From Nitrospirota bacterium (GTDB lineage: Bacteria > Nitrospirota > Thermodesulfovibrionia > Thermodesulfovibrionales > UBA9159): a stretch of 64,000 nt of DNA. The position numbers and the translations under genes were made by a program. Shown in pieces: positions 62,967-64,000 of the stretch. How positions within the stretch are numbered: the stretch's first letter is position 1; every line of letters starts with the position of its first letter. Below the pieces are notes generated by a model. It worked only from the letters and a program-made list of their open reading frames with translations. It was not told where the DNA came from and made no database searches. The stretch lies in assembly GCA_021790195.1 (NCBI GenBank), contig JAJYIF010000017.1, forward strand, positions 1,798 through 65,797. Direction: 5' to 3'.

Positions 62967-63269
62967 CTAAAGGACGATCACCCTGTCGGCGTCATGCATC
63001 ATAACCGCGTTGTTGTACTGGCTGCCGCAGACCATCTCCTCCGGAAGTCCCTCCGTCGTGACGTTCATGTGCTTGGCGCTGTGGTCACAGAAGCTAAGAG
63101 AAACCCCCCTGGTCCTGCACAGTTCCCTGAACTCCGGAGTGCCGAGCAACTTCGTACCGCCGTCCATGTTAAACAAGATCACCTGATGGCCCTTCAATAT
63201 AGCCGCCTTCACAAAGCCGACCACATGAGCCAAATGCCTGTCGGTGTTAACAAAAATACCGAGCTTCAT
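62967..63269 (-). CDS. DsrE/DsrF-like sulfur-relay protein
   Basis: 100 aa. MKLGIFVNTD... Rossmann-like start typical of the DsrE family, and a conserved-looking Cys in SFCDHSAK. Confidence 0.6.
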   Translation of the reverse strand: MKLGIFVNTDRHLAHVVGFVKAAILKGHQVILFNMDGGTKLLGTPEFRELCRTRGVSLSFCDHSAKHMNVTTEGLPEEMVCGSQYNNAVMMHDADRVIVL

Positions 63270-63407
63270 AGATTCCCTCCTTTTATGGTATTTTGAAACA
63301 CAGCCAATAAAAGCGTTTTCCAGATTTATAACACGATTTATACCACAGGGCCGGAGCCAAAGTAAAGTCTTAGCAAGGGCTTCAAGAATTCGTCAATAAA
63401 GAAGGGC

Positions 63408-64000
63408 TTATAAAAGGCGCTGTCTCCTCAAGAAACCTTTAACCGTCTCAGCGACTTCCTTTGTCTCGATCATGTCCATGCAAATAGGCGCTTTGCAGAT
63501 CCTCTTGTAGCAGGGAGAACACTGCATCTCCTTCCTGATTATCGTATGCCCCGCCCCGTAAGGACCGGTCCTCAGCGGGTTGGCCGGTCCGAAAAGGGCA
63601 AAGACGGGGACACCGAGGGCCGCTGCAATGTGCATGGGCCCGGTATCATTTGTCACCATAAACCTTGCATCCCGGATCAGCGCGATCAAACCCCTCAAAT
63701 CCGTCTTGCCAGCCAAAGACATGGCCTTGCCGCCGGAAGTCCTCACGACTTCCTCTGCAATCTGCCTGTCGCCCTTACTTCCCACAACCACTGTTTTCAA
63801 AGGAAGCATGGCCGCCAATTCCCCAAATCTTTCGGCTGGCCAGCGGTTCGCAGGTTTCCTTGCGCCGGGACACATAACCGCATAGTCCTTACCAAAAGAG
63901 AGCATAAGTTCAGATTTCGGCCCGATCGGAGGAAAAGGGAACCGGACTTCCGCGACATCGCAACCCATAGAAGCCGGGACCTTGAGGTATCTCTCTACCG
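63408..64000 (-). CDS. Glycosyltransferase family 9 (heptosyltransferase-like), C-terminal part; the gene may continue past the right edge
   Basis: GT9 C-terminal pattern LAGKTDLRGLIALIRDARFMVTNDTGPMHIAAALGVPVFALFGP.NP..TGPYG. The reading frame is still open at position 64000. Confidence 0.8.
   Translation of the reverse strand, partial: VERYLKVPASMGCDVAEVRFPFPPIGPKSELMLSFGKDYAVMCPGARKPANRWPAERFGELAAMLPLKTVVVGSKGDRQIAEEVVRTSGGKAMSLAGKTDLRGLIALIRDARFMVTNDTGPMHIAAALGVPVFALFGPANPLRTGPYGAGHTIIRKEMQCSPCYKRICKAPICMDMIETKEVAETVKGFLRRQRLL

Overview
A 64-kb bacterial chromosomal segment, mostly about 50-55% GC by eye, with dense operon-style coding. The gene content suggests an anaerobe with C1 and sulfur metabolism. 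The lineage cannot be assigned from the sequence alone.

I can support about 55 protein genes, one tRNA-Ser(GGA), an SRP (4.5S-like) RNA, one complete IS4-family insertion sequence and several repeat families.

Layout:
- 1-8.5 kb: housekeeping and envelope genes (moeA fragment, Zn-phospholipase-C-like, pepA, system-II cytochrome c biogenesis, B12-radical-SAM, RCK potassium channel, prmA).
- 9.2-14 kb: a 1096-aa MalT-like STAND ATPase fused to a C-terminal SARP/BTAD DNA-binding module, followed by a small membrane protein and a flavodoxin-ferredoxin fusion.
- 14-18.2 kb: ychF and the conserved recR-ybaB-dnaX-SRP RNA block.
- 18.3-20.6 kb: an AT-rich methyltransferase plus glycosyltransferase islet next to tRNA-Ser.
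- 21.1-22.9 kb: a lipoprotein with about 14 Asp-box repeats.
- 24.4-29.5 kb: a cAMP module (class-II-like phosphodiesterase, TPR outer-membrane barrel, FecR-like protein, CHASE2 class-III cyclase).
- 31-42.5 kb: a C1 island. It holds a NuoE/NuoF-type selenocysteine formate dehydrogenase (in-frame UGA plus SECIS hairpin), a stand-alone cNMP-binding protein, formate-THF ligase, and a convergent Cys-type FdhF with AsrA/AsrB-like partners.
- 45.4-54.3 kb: a mosaic accessory region. It holds a GIY-YIG gene bracketed by inverted hairpin repeats, two MazEF/PemK modules, an orphan HicB, an Imm50-like orphan immunity gene, an IS4 element and a duplicated gene tail.
- 54.3-63.3 kb: an FAD-oxidoreductase/B12-radical-SAM pair and a sulfur-trafficking block (DsrE-like, mini DsrH-like, periplasmic rhodanese, YeeE/TusA, and a GGYG-repeat protein).

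The candidates I consider most novel:
- The hairpin-bracketed GIY-YIG unit, which resembles a REPtron.
- The barrel/FecR/CHASE2-cyclase trans-envelope module.
- The Gly/Tyr-repeat protein inside the yeeE-tusA operon.

All family assignments come from motif recognition by eye. No database search was run.
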